From the IMG/VR virus record IMGVR_UViG_3300020578_000058, positions 4,828 through 68,827 of that record: DNA of 64,000 nucleotides, one strand, 5' to 3'. The stretch comes from a virus. The notes below the pieces were generated by a model. That model saw nothing but the letters and a program-made list of their open reading frames with translations, had not been told where the DNA came from and did no database searches. Positions 19,101 to 26,194 of this stretch are shown piece after piece (positions within the stretch are counted from its first letter, which is position 1; the number at the start of each line of letters is the position of its first letter). Made by a program: the position numbers and the translations under genes.

Positions 19101-19803
19101 GCACGGAGACGAGCCCGAAGGAGAGGGGGGGAAGCCCGAGAAGGCCGCGAAGCCTCCCGAGGGCATGTCCGGCGTCGAGTTCGGCTTGCTCCAACACCTG
19201 CACAAGAAGGGGGACGACACATCCGAGTTGGTGGGGTTGTCGTTCCGCAATAGCCGGGACGACAAGAGCGCCGTGGCAGACACCAAGAAGTTTGTCCGCG
19301 AACAGGCAGATGGCATGAGCATGGGCGAGTTGAACGACATGCTCCCCCCGAACATGCAAAGTCTCTCTGCGTCGTTCCTCGCCTTGAAGAAGTCGCTCCC
19401 CTTTGTGAGCGAGGGGTTGTTCTCGGGCTTCTCGGAAAAGTCGCGCTCCAAGCAGCGTGCAGAGCAAGAAGCCGGGTGGAGCAAAGACGAGGCTCGGATC
19501 GCAGACGAACTCCGCACGACGCTCGTAGACTGCGTTTCCGAGACGGTCGGCAAGGACGAGAAGGCGGTCACACGAGCAAGCAGGTCCGTCAAGGACTACG
19601 CTCATGACACCGCAACGCCCAAGGGGGACGCAAGCAAGTCCGGCAAGTCGTGGGCAGACTGGTTGCAAGGGTTGCGGGCAGACTTCATGAAGGCGCTTGG
19701 CTCGTCCTCCAAGACGGGTTCCCGTCGAGTGTGGTCACCCACCGTGCCCGGCTACGCGCTTGACGCGCCTCCGCTCTCGGTAGCGGCTCTATACACCCTC
19801 TGA
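16132..19803 (+). CDS. Multidomain polyprotein: head-associated N-terminal domain + PAP2/haloperoxidase-type phosphatase + DNA topoisomerase IB + charged helical C-terminus
   Basis: PAP2 motifs KRLYNRPRP, PSYPSGHS and RMVGGYHF (~16680-17190). Topo IB motifs ERVGN, YVGKSG, TAKDLR and VGHEPATLRKQYL (~17270-18010). Confidence 0.85.
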   Translation: MLRRHAATPKKYEHIDFTPPEGAANAAAKGLEYREKASPSNKGGLTPAEASKEGIGSGVQRAVNLKNRNTLSPDTIKQMHGFFSRHEKNKGVAPEHKSEPWNDKGHVAWLLWGGDAARSWVDKVLGQMEKADEREAVKKAARFLASGPSLSLDDLGYGSLTTDEEALLLTPSAAFPANVLAFIPQVPCPENSSLETRRELAHLLRLQHEARPYLAQQVAATDENATATLEAYCAEHGLDASGVLPITNAARPVILQVKRLYNRPRPYQLAEFLEPGFRPMSSTTAHTPSYPSGHSAQAVLVALLLSGLYPEHRDAFMALAQEVGTHRMVGGYHFLSDITYGEQVGRVLYESMARASVRTAAAKYAAAKYAAAKYAAAKYKEKKKVPKADGSGKTTVYVYSERQVANRHREKAERLEDFKPALAELRAQVKKDLDANDPKKNLVALAVGLIDATYERVGNEDSADNGHYGVTGWLRKHVTFKGKRAVIRYVGKSGVKHEKSVDDEALVGALKKCCGDKDGDEAVLSLGKHTVTSDEVNKYLKPYGITAKDLRGLHANREMQERLRAIRSKGPKLPRLRKERDPILKEEFQKALEGAAEAVGHEPATLRKQYLVPGIEEAYMKDGTVTRDLTASTRVAALYLRATKTDAEREDEEAERLLKPEPKYKPPRNDLRRRRVETEQDADPDKKQDDKDRSQNYKDAAHRALVQRVAARFLFAKSGPGGSATNTLQERAQKEFDAYEKEHPDTELKVEDFVERIQKQQQGSSGGAPLNEKAQAAQQKAELAALEVKRKSEGVQKAVDKVSAMWKDMPNLPGMSKQNHERIKEAVSSFGPKQREEFLAAFETEKDALVGKYAGDKSEYDPAFVEEALQSMENTPKGKDPKAVGKKAMQAIFTDRVLLNPLMLTPSDPLSDNPDKGDERHPPAKAAKRVGQAVKRFSRASKAEVDAMSGRLKSALKACEPGSPQHEELLAMQYGMAVAAAMPKAKPKGRHGDEPEGEGGKPEKAAKPPEGMSGVEFGLLQHLHKKGDDTSELVGLSFRNSRDDKSAVADTKKFVREQADGMSMGELNDMLPPNMQSLSASFLALKKSLPFVSEGLFSGFSEKSRSKQRAEQEAGWSKDEARIADELRTTLVDCVSETVGKDEKAVTRASRSVKDYAHDTATPKGDASKSGKSWADWLQGLRADFMKALGSSSKTGSRRVWSPTVPGYALDAPPLSVAALYTL
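17209..17268 (+). repeat. Perfect tandem repeat (GCTGCCGCCAAGTAC)x4 encoding (AAAKY)4
   Basis: Seen directly at the phosphatase/topoisomerase junction. Confidence 0.95.
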
Positions 19804-19881
19804 ATGGTAAGCCCCCTTGCGCTCCGCATTCGGGCGGGGCAGTTTCACTCCCATTCCCTCCGAAACCGCAGGAGTTCTCCA

Positions 19882-20550
19882 ATGGCCCGTCTCACCCGCC
19901 AAGGGGCGCGCAACCTCACCGCAGCCCTCGACAACATCGCCCAAGTCGTCCAGCAGCGCGCCGCGTTGCTCGGCCTCGACACGCGCACGGCTACCGACTT
20001 CGCGTACCGTTGCGACCTCTTGTCGGACGCTATTGAGCGCACCGCTTCCGCGAACTTCCCGCTCTCCCGGCAGGCCACAGACGCCTATGGCAAGGGCAGC
20101 GACGACGAGGGCATGAGCGTCGAGCACGGCGAGGGTGGGTTCGACCCGAACTTGATTGGGGACGAGGTTCCCGGCCCGTTGGAGATCATCGAGCCCCCGA
20201 GCGAGCCGTGGATGGACGGGCACTTCACGCAGGAGAAGTACCACGTCCTCGGTGAGTTGCAGGAGGCGGGCGAACTCGGCCCCGTTCACCTCGCTTCGCT
20301 TCTGACCAAGGCTGCGGGCATCATCCTCGCGCAAGAGAGCGACAAGGAGGAGCAGGAGGAGGAGCAGCAGGAGGTCAAGAAGTCGGCCAAGAAGGGCCAG
20401 CAGAAGGGCAAAGTTCCTCCGCAGTTCCTTGAGCAGCAGAAGAAGAACAAGGGTGAGGAGCAGCAGGCCGAGAAGGAGGAGCAGCAGGAGAAGGGCGCCA
20501 AGAAGAAGGCGTCGGCTGCGAATGATTGGGGCTTCAACCTCACCCGCTGA
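19882..20550 (+). CDS. Head/scaffold-associated hypothetical protein (E/Q/K-rich)
   Basis: AGGAG RBS. The low-complexity EEQQ/KKGQQK segments are shared with the scaffold ORF. Confidence 0.65.
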   Translation: MARLTRQGARNLTAALDNIAQVVQQRAALLGLDTRTATDFAYRCDLLSDAIERTASANFPLSRQATDAYGKGSDDEGMSVEHGEGGFDPNLIGDEVPGPLEIIEPPSEPWMDGHFTQEKYHVLGELQEAGELGPVHLASLLTKAAGIILAQESDKEEQEEEQQEVKKSAKKGQQKGKVPPQFLEQQKKNKGEEQQAEKEEQQEKGAKKKASAANDWGFNLTR

Positions 20551-20573
20551 ACCTCTTGCTGCGAGGCGAGCCC

Positions 20574-21140
20574 GTGAGCCGCACCCACCGCACCGCACAG
20601 AACTATGTCAACTACCAAGAACGGGCTTCCGAGTTCGCGGTAGGTGATGTAGTCGTTCCCTTCGGCTATTGGCCGGGGGTGTCGGGCCGTATTGTGGCCT
20701 TGTGGCCCGCTATCGGCATGGCCGATGTGCAGTTCACGGGCGGGACAAAGCGGTATCCCGTCGAAGAACTGCAACGCATTGACGCTGATGGCAATGCCAA
20801 CCCCCCGCGCACCGATAGCGTGCCGGGGGGCAAGGGCACGGTGCCGGTTCCCACGACATCGCCCCCGCAGCGGGACGACATTGACGCGCTCGCCACGCGG
20901 GTCGCGCACGGCTTCGTGCGGAACGCGCTCTACTGGTCGGCGCCGGGGCGCAAGTACCGCTTGACCCGCTCCGAACAAGACGCAGGCTGCTACAACTGCC
21001 CGAAGTGTGACGACTCCCCCTTGCGCCGCACCGTGTACAAGCGCATGAACGGGGTGAGCGAGCGGTTGCTCGGCTGTCCCGCCTGTCTCTTTCTCATCAA
21101 GGAAGGGGACATTCTCGGGCACGACCGCGAGGGTGGGTGA
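20574..21140 (+). CDS. Hypothetical protein: SH3-like domain + zinc ribbon
   Basis: FAVGDVV...GRIVALW...VQF, followed by CPKC...CPAC. Confidence 0.6.
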   Translation: MSRTHRTAQNYVNYQERASEFAVGDVVVPFGYWPGVSGRIVALWPAIGMADVQFTGGTKRYPVEELQRIDADGNANPPRTDSVPGGKGTVPVPTTSPPQRDDIDALATRVAHGFVRNALYWSAPGRKYRLTRSEQDAGCYNCPKCDDSPLRRTVYKRMNGVSERLLGCPACLFLIKEGDILGHDREGG

Positions 21141-21143
21141 CGC

Positions 21144-22619
21144 ATGGCTTTCATGAAGTACGCTCGCGCGCAGGTCATGCACCCCCGCATCACGGGGGCC
21201 GCGTGGCAGGGCATCCGTAAGCAGGCGTCGTCTGCCCCCACGGCGTCAAAGAACCTCGTGGCGCAAGCAGGCGAGATCCTCGGGGAGACTTTCTCCCCTG
21301 AGCGGTACTTGTTGACACACTGTTCGATTGTGGCAAGCGTCGATGTGGATACGGTGCCGAATGTGAAGTTGGGCACCGAGAAGGTCGGCTCCCGCACCGT
21401 CACGCGGAAGTGGGCCGACTACTACATCAAGCCAGAGTGCGCGCAGTTTGTGAACAACAACGGCGACTCGTGGTCCCGCGAAGTGCTCATGAAGTCGTTC
21501 CGCACCTTCATTGGGGCGCACAACTTCTTGGAGCATGTGCAAATCGAGGAGCAGTCGAAGGGCCGCATCATTGACGCCGTGGCCCGCAACATTGGCCCTT
21601 CGGTCTATGTGGACATTCTCGTGGCGACCGACCGCAAGCACGCCCAACTCGTGCAGGACATTGAGAGCGGTAAGATGAGCACGCTCTCGATGGGCTGCTC
21701 CTGCGAGTTCACGCTTTGCTCTCAATGCGGGAATGTCGCGGTGGACGAGACGGACCTTTGCGAGCATGTGAAGTACTCCAAACTCAACACCTTCTTCGAT
21801 GCCCGTGGGCAGCGGCGGGTCATTGCAGAACTGTGTGGGCACTCCTCTCACGGGGAAACGGGTGGGGTTCAATTCATTGAGGCGTCTTGGGTCGCCGTTC
21901 CGGCCTTCGCAGGCGCGGTCATGCGGAACATCCTTGACCCCGGTTCCGTCTCGCCCGAGAAGGCCAAGCATTTCTCCGAGGTGCTATCGGCACCTCCTGC
22001 CGAGTGGGGCACCAACATCCTCCGCGCTGCGTCCGAGCACCGCACGGCGCAGCAGTTCGACTTCGGGGACGAGGGTGGCGACGAGGGTGGTGAAGGGGAG
22101 GGGGACACCAAACCCCCCGAGAAACCTTCCAGCCCTTTCGCGGACATGGAGGACGAACTCTACACGGCGGTCAAGAACCGCGTGAAAGAGCGGTTGGAGA
22201 AGGAACTGCGTGAGCAGAATGTCGAGAAGGCTCTCGACACCCCGACCGCCCCGAACGAGAGCGTCATCAAGGAAGCGGCTATAACCAAGGCCGCTGTGCA
22301 GAAGTTCGCCCGTGAAGCCCATGCCAAGAGCGTTGACACGCTTCTTCGGGTAGCATCCTCGGACGCTGCTTTCGTGGACGGGCTTGTGGAAATCGACCGT
22401 TCTTTTGGACTTCGCGTTCCACAGTCTGTCTATCGCACGGCCCTTACGGTAGGTGCGACCACGAACTACCTTTCTCCTGACGACTACTTCTGCGCCTGTC
22501 ATAAGCAAGCGCGGAGGGTGCTCTCCCCTTCCGAACTTCGGGTCGCATACCGAATCGGCAACCTGCTCACCCGAAAGGGGAGCATTCACCCCCGCAACCG
22601 AGGACACAACCATGCGTGA
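21144..22619 (+). CDS. Prohead (capsid maturation) protease with zinc-ribbon insertion
   Basis: NNNGDSW, FLEH, KGRIIDA, LSMGC...CSQC...CEH and FIEASWVAVPA follow the HK97/assemblin-fold protease pattern. Located before the scaffold and MCP. Confidence 0.8.
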   Translation: MAFMKYARAQVMHPRITGAAWQGIRKQASSAPTASKNLVAQAGEILGETFSPERYLLTHCSIVASVDVDTVPNVKLGTEKVGSRTVTRKWADYYIKPECAQFVNNNGDSWSREVLMKSFRTFIGAHNFLEHVQIEEQSKGRIIDAVARNIGPSVYVDILVATDRKHAQLVQDIESGKMSTLSMGCSCEFTLCSQCGNVAVDETDLCEHVKYSKLNTFFDARGQRRVIAELCGHSSHGETGGVQFIEASWVAVPAFAGAVMRNILDPGSVSPEKAKHFSEVLSAPPAEWGTNILRAASEHRTAQQFDFGDEGGDEGGEGEGDTKPPEKPSSPFADMEDELYTAVKNRVKERLEKELREQNVEKALDTPTAPNESVIKEAAITKAAVQKFAREAHAKSVDTLLRVASSDAAFVDGLVEIDRSFGLRVPQSVYRTALTVGATTNYLSPDDYFCACHKQARRVLSPSELRVAYRIGNLLTRKGSIHPRNRGHNHA

Positions 22620-24195
22620 GCGTCTGACTTGGAAGCGCGGCGGGGCTCTCAATGCTCCCCCGCGCCGTGCTTCTGCCCACCCCGCCTACCCCGACGAGGG
22701 TGCCGCCTCCCCGGCTTACCAGCCCGACCCCGAGGCCGACGCCTACGAGAACGGCAATCCTTCTGCGTGGGCCGAAGACCCGAACCCCGGCCCGTACCCG
22801 CAGTCGGCGCACCCCTCGTACCCCGACGAGGGGCCTGCCTCTCCCGCCTACATCGCCAAGCAGGGCAGCGTTGCCCTCGCCTTGGAGCGCAAGGCCGCCA
22901 AGTGCGTTCGCCTCGCTTCGGCCATGCTCGGGCCGACCGCTTCGCAGCACGAAGTCGAGAGCCAAGCGTTCGCGTTCATGGACATGAGCGAGCGCGCCCT
23001 CCAAGCCTCCCTCTCCCGTCTCGCGCAGCAGGACGAGGAGGAGCAGCAGGACGCCGAGGAGCAGCAGGCCGAGGAGCAGGCCAAGAAGGCCGCCCTCCGT
23101 CGCCGCGCGCAGCAGGCCAAGAAGGACGCCGAGGAGCAGCAGGCCGAGGAGCAGCAGGCCGAGGAGCAGCAGGAGGTCAAGGGTGGCAAGAAGGCCGCTC
23201 TCGCCAAGGCTGCTTACTTGCGCCGCCTCGCGCAGCAGATTGAGGAAGAAGTCGAGGAGGAGGTCGAGGACGACGACTCCGACGAGGACGAGGACGAGGC
23301 GCAGCAGGAGAAGGGAGCCAAGAAGGCTTCCGTTCTTGACGCCCGCCTTGCCCGCATCGAGCGCCTCCTGACCGCTGGCGTTCCCGGCATGTTCATGCAG
23401 CACAACATGGCGCAGCAGAAGTCTCCCGAGGAGGCCATGTTTGAGGCCATGCAGGACGAGGCCATGCAGGACGAGGCGCAGTCCTTGGAGGAGATGCTCT
23501 TGGAGGAGATGCAGGACGAGGCGCAGCAGGACGAGGCGCAGCAGGACGAGGCGCAGTCCTTGGAGGAGATGCTCTTGGAGGAGATGCAGGACGAGGCGCA
23601 GCAGGCCCCCAAGCCCTTCGGCATGATGGCCGAGCAACTTGCCATGCAGGGCGACAACGCTGGCCCGATGGTCGAGTCCATGCGGCACAACATGGCGCAG
23701 CAGGCTCCCATTGAGGCGCAGTTGGCCGAGATGCTCCAAGAGGAGGGCATGGCCGGTGTGCTTGGTGCCGAGTACGCGGACGAAGCCGAAGCCATGCTCG
23801 TTGACCCGAGCGGCGACGACTACATCGGCGCAGACGGGATGCTCGTTGACCCGAGCGGGGACAACTACGACGACGGCATGGTGGCCGACCCGATGGGCCT
23901 CATGGGTGACGGCGGCAACGAGGACGACGCCATTCTTGCGTCCCTCTTTGGTGGCGAGGCCATGAAGTACGCCAAGAAGGGTCAGCAGGGCCATGCCGAC
24001 GCCGAGGCGCAGGAGGAGGAGCAGGAAGCCGACGAGCCCAAGAAGGGCCAGCAGAAGGCCGCTGCCCTTCGCCCGCAGCCCCGCAAGGCGTCCACGGGTG
24101 CCACCCGCCTCGGGGGCATCACGAAGGAGGCTGCCGAGGTTGGCGACCTGTCGAAGTTGTGGGAGTCGGCCCCCGATGTGAGCAAGTACTTCTAA
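22612..24195 (+). CDS. Capsid scaffolding protein (very acidic, repetitive)
   Basis: GAGGA RBS, E/Q/D/M-rich repeats, many K/R-x-A linkers, and position between the protease and capsid genes. Confidence 0.7.
   Translation: MRERLTWKRGGALNAPPRRASAHPAYPDEGAASPAYQPDPEADAYENGNPSAWAEDPNPGPYPQSAHPSYPDEGPASPAYIAKQGSVALALERKAAKCVRLASAMLGPTASQHEVESQAFAFMDMSERALQASLSRLAQQDEEEQQDAEEQQAEEQAKKAALRRRAQQAKKDAEEQQAEEQQAEEQQEVKGGKKAALAKAAYLRRLAQQIEEEVEEEVEDDDSDEDEDEAQQEKGAKKASVLDARLARIERLLTAGVPGMFMQHNMAQQKSPEEAMFEAMQDEAMQDEAQSLEEMLLEEMQDEAQQDEAQQDEAQSLEEMLLEEMQDEAQQAPKPFGMMAEQLAMQGDNAGPMVESMRHNMAQQAPIEAQLAEMLQEEGMAGVLGAEYADEAEAMLVDPSGDDYIGADGMLVDPSGDNYDDGMVADPMGLMGDGGNEDDAILASLFGGEAMKYAKKGQQGHADAEAQEEEQEADEPKKGQQKAAALRPQPRKASTGATRLGGITKEAAEVGDLSKLWESAPDVSKYF
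23452..23604 (+). repeat. Intragenic repeats encoding QDEA(Q/M) units and QDEAQSLEEMLLEEM twice
   Basis: CAGGACGAGGCGCAGTCCTTGGAGGAGATGCTCTTGGAGGAGATG occurs twice. Confidence 0.9.
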
Positions 24196-24222
24196 CCCCT
24201 GACGGGGGGAGAAGTCCCTGAC

Positions 24223-24264
24223 GGGGGGCGGGAGGCACAACCTCTCGCCCCCCGGTTCGTTTTT
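24223..24264 (+). terminator. Possible intrinsic terminator/hairpin after the scaffold gene
   Basis: GGGGGCGGGAGG-cacaa-CCTCTCGCCCCC followed by GGTTCGTTTTT. Confidence 0.5.
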
Positions 24265-24428
24265 GGCACCCACTTCCGTCAATAGTGAGTGCATACCAAC
24301 CCGCATGGGTACAGCCGCAAACTTCTTTGGAAGGGTGTGGTTGCGGGTTGGGGGGCAGTTCCGCTCACCGCTCTGATTTCGGCAACACCCCATCCCTGTA
24401 AACAGGGAGCAACGCCAAGAGGTTCATC

Positions 24429-25142
24429 ATGGCTATGCTTGGACAGGCGAGTGGTGGGTTTACGGAGTCGTCCTCGGCTTTGCGCTTGCTGCATGTCGGC
24501 ATTCGCAACACGAACGCCATCCTCACGGACGACGCCTTCACCCAGACCAACCCGCCCATCATCACCACCGCTTCCACCATCTCCGACACCGTGGACACCT
24601 CGGTTCTCGGCGTTCTGTCCGGCTCGGTCGCCATTGCGCGCCCCGACCAAGGCAGCAACTATGTTGGTGGCCCCGGCTCCTCGACCCTCATCACCGTAGG
24701 CGGTGGTGGCGGTACGGCATCCACGGCGTCCGCGACGAGCCTCCCGCGCAACTACACGCCGGTCGGCTTGTTCATCAACAACGCCGTTGGCAACGCCTAC
24801 GAGAACACCCCCGGCCCCGCGTCGGGCCTCGGCCCGTATGTGTCGGCAATGGGCACCTACGCCTCGCAGTTGTACGAGACGCAGGCCCTCGCCGCCATCG
24901 GCGCAATCGCTGCCGGTGGCGACCTCCCGTACATCTCGGGTGTCGCGCTCATCGCTTCGTTGAACGGCTACCTCATGCCCGCTCGGGTGTGGACGGGTGC
25001 CGCCGACGCGAGCGCCGACCTCGTGACGACCGCCCTTCAGTCCGCCGTCTTGAACTCGGCTGGCGCCTCTACCACCATCGCGATTCTTCGGATGCCTGCT
25101 GACAGCACGCAGCCCGAGATCGTGTTCGACCAGCGCATCTGA
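24429..25142 (+). CDS. Capsid decoration / minor capsid protein
   Basis: Immediately upstream of the MCP, small-residue-rich, with strongly biased codon usage like the MCP. Confidence 0.6.
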   Translation: MAMLGQASGGFTESSSALRLLHVGIRNTNAILTDDAFTQTNPPIITTASTISDTVDTSVLGVLSGSVAIARPDQGSNYVGGPGSSTLITVGGGGGTASTASATSLPRNYTPVGLFINNAVGNAYENTPGPASGLGPYVSAMGTYASQLYETQALAAIGAIAAGGDLPYISGVALIASLNGYLMPARVWTGAADASADLVTTALQSAVLNSAGASTTIAILRMPADSTQPEIVFDQRI

Positions 25143-25157
25143 CGGGAGGGCACGAGC

Positions 25158-26033
25158 ATGTCTGTCAACAACAGCGTCAAGCAGAAGTTGATCTCGGAGT
25201 ACATCAACACTCCGCAGGGTCGCGCCAAGTTGGCCGCGTCGATGACGCAGCCGCTCCGTCTGCGCCGTGACTACATGGCGGTTGGTCGCAAGACCTTCCT
25301 CGTGGAGCAACTGCCGGACGGCGCGCTGCCGATCTACGACAAGGATCCCGATGTGACCGCGTTCGTGGTCGGTGAGGAGGGCGAGAACATCGTCGCCATC
25401 ACCAAGCCCCGCCGCGTCATCTTCCCCCTGTTTGAGATCGCGTCCAACCCCGAGATCCCCCTCACGCAAATCAAGGAGCGTCGGTTCGACCTCATTGAGC
25501 GCGCACAGGACTTGGCTCGGGCGCAGATCCAAGCAGCCGAGGACGAGCGGGTGTTCTCCGTTCTCGACGCCATCGCCACCAACGGCTTCGACTCGGTTTC
25601 GGGGCAGTTCAACCCCGACATCCCGGTTGTCGCCCCCATCAGCGGTGCCGTCCTCGCGGACGCCTACGCCGAGATCGAGCGGAACGACCTCCGCGTTGCC
25701 CGCGTGTTCATGAACGCTCGGGACTACGCGGACCTCCGCAAGTTCGGTCGGGACATCCTCGACATCGAGAGCCAGCGCGAGTTGCTCAAGACGGGCCTCA
25801 TGGGCACGCTTTGGGGCGCGCAGATCATCGTGTCGCGTCTCGTCCCGGTCGGCACGGTCTATGTCTGCTGCGAGCCCGAGATGTTCGGTCGGATGCCCGT
25901 CCGTACCGAGTTGACCGTGCTCTCTGCCGACGACCCGAAGGCCCGCACCATCGGCTTCTCCGTGTTCGAGAACATCGGTATCGGGGCCTACAACCCGAAG
26001 GGCCTCACGCGGTTGACCATCACCCGCGCGTAA
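25158..26033 (+). CDS. Major capsid protein (short HK97 fold)
   Basis: GGAGG RBS and 291 aa after protease/scaffold/decoration. FEIASNP, AQIQAAEDERVF, VFMNARDY and GTLWGAQIIVSRLVP resemble HK97-fold P/A domains. Strong terminator downstream. Confidence 0.85.
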   Translation: MSVNNSVKQKLISEYINTPQGRAKLAASMTQPLRLRRDYMAVGRKTFLVEQLPDGALPIYDKDPDVTAFVVGEEGENIVAITKPRRVIFPLFEIASNPEIPLTQIKERRFDLIERAQDLARAQIQAAEDERVFSVLDAIATNGFDSVSGQFNPDIPVVAPISGAVLADAYAEIERNDLRVARVFMNARDYADLRKFGRDILDIESQRELLKTGLMGTLWGAQIIVSRLVPVGTVYVCCEPEMFGRMPVRTELTVLSADDPKARTIGFSVFENIGIGAYNPKGLTRLTITRA

Positions 26034-26052
26034 GCCTCCTACCGGGGTTTCC

Positions 26053-26094
26053 TGCAAGGCCGCACACCGCGAGGTGTGCGGCCTTCGCACTTTT
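26053..26094 (+). terminator. Rho-independent terminator after the MCP
   Basis: AAGGCCGCACACC-gcga-GGTGTGCGGCCTT followed by CGCACTTTT. Confidence 0.85.
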
Positions 26095-26194
26095 GGGGTG
26101 GCAGCGGTGGCGCATTTCCGGCACATTGTTGGGGGGCGGTAGCCCTTCGATACTCAAAGGGGGTGGTACACACCTCCTTGTCGAGTAGGCCCAC

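Noticed and set aside
23028-23604. Repeats that might be taken for a CRISPR array
   Set aside because: In-frame codon repeats within the scaffold, with no unique spacers of constant length and no cas genes.
24290-24420. Possible c-di-GMP-I riboswitch (GCAAAC...GGAA)
   Set aside because: Only a few bases match, and the characteristic second stem and tetraloop receptor are not evident. Kept only as a generic structured leader.
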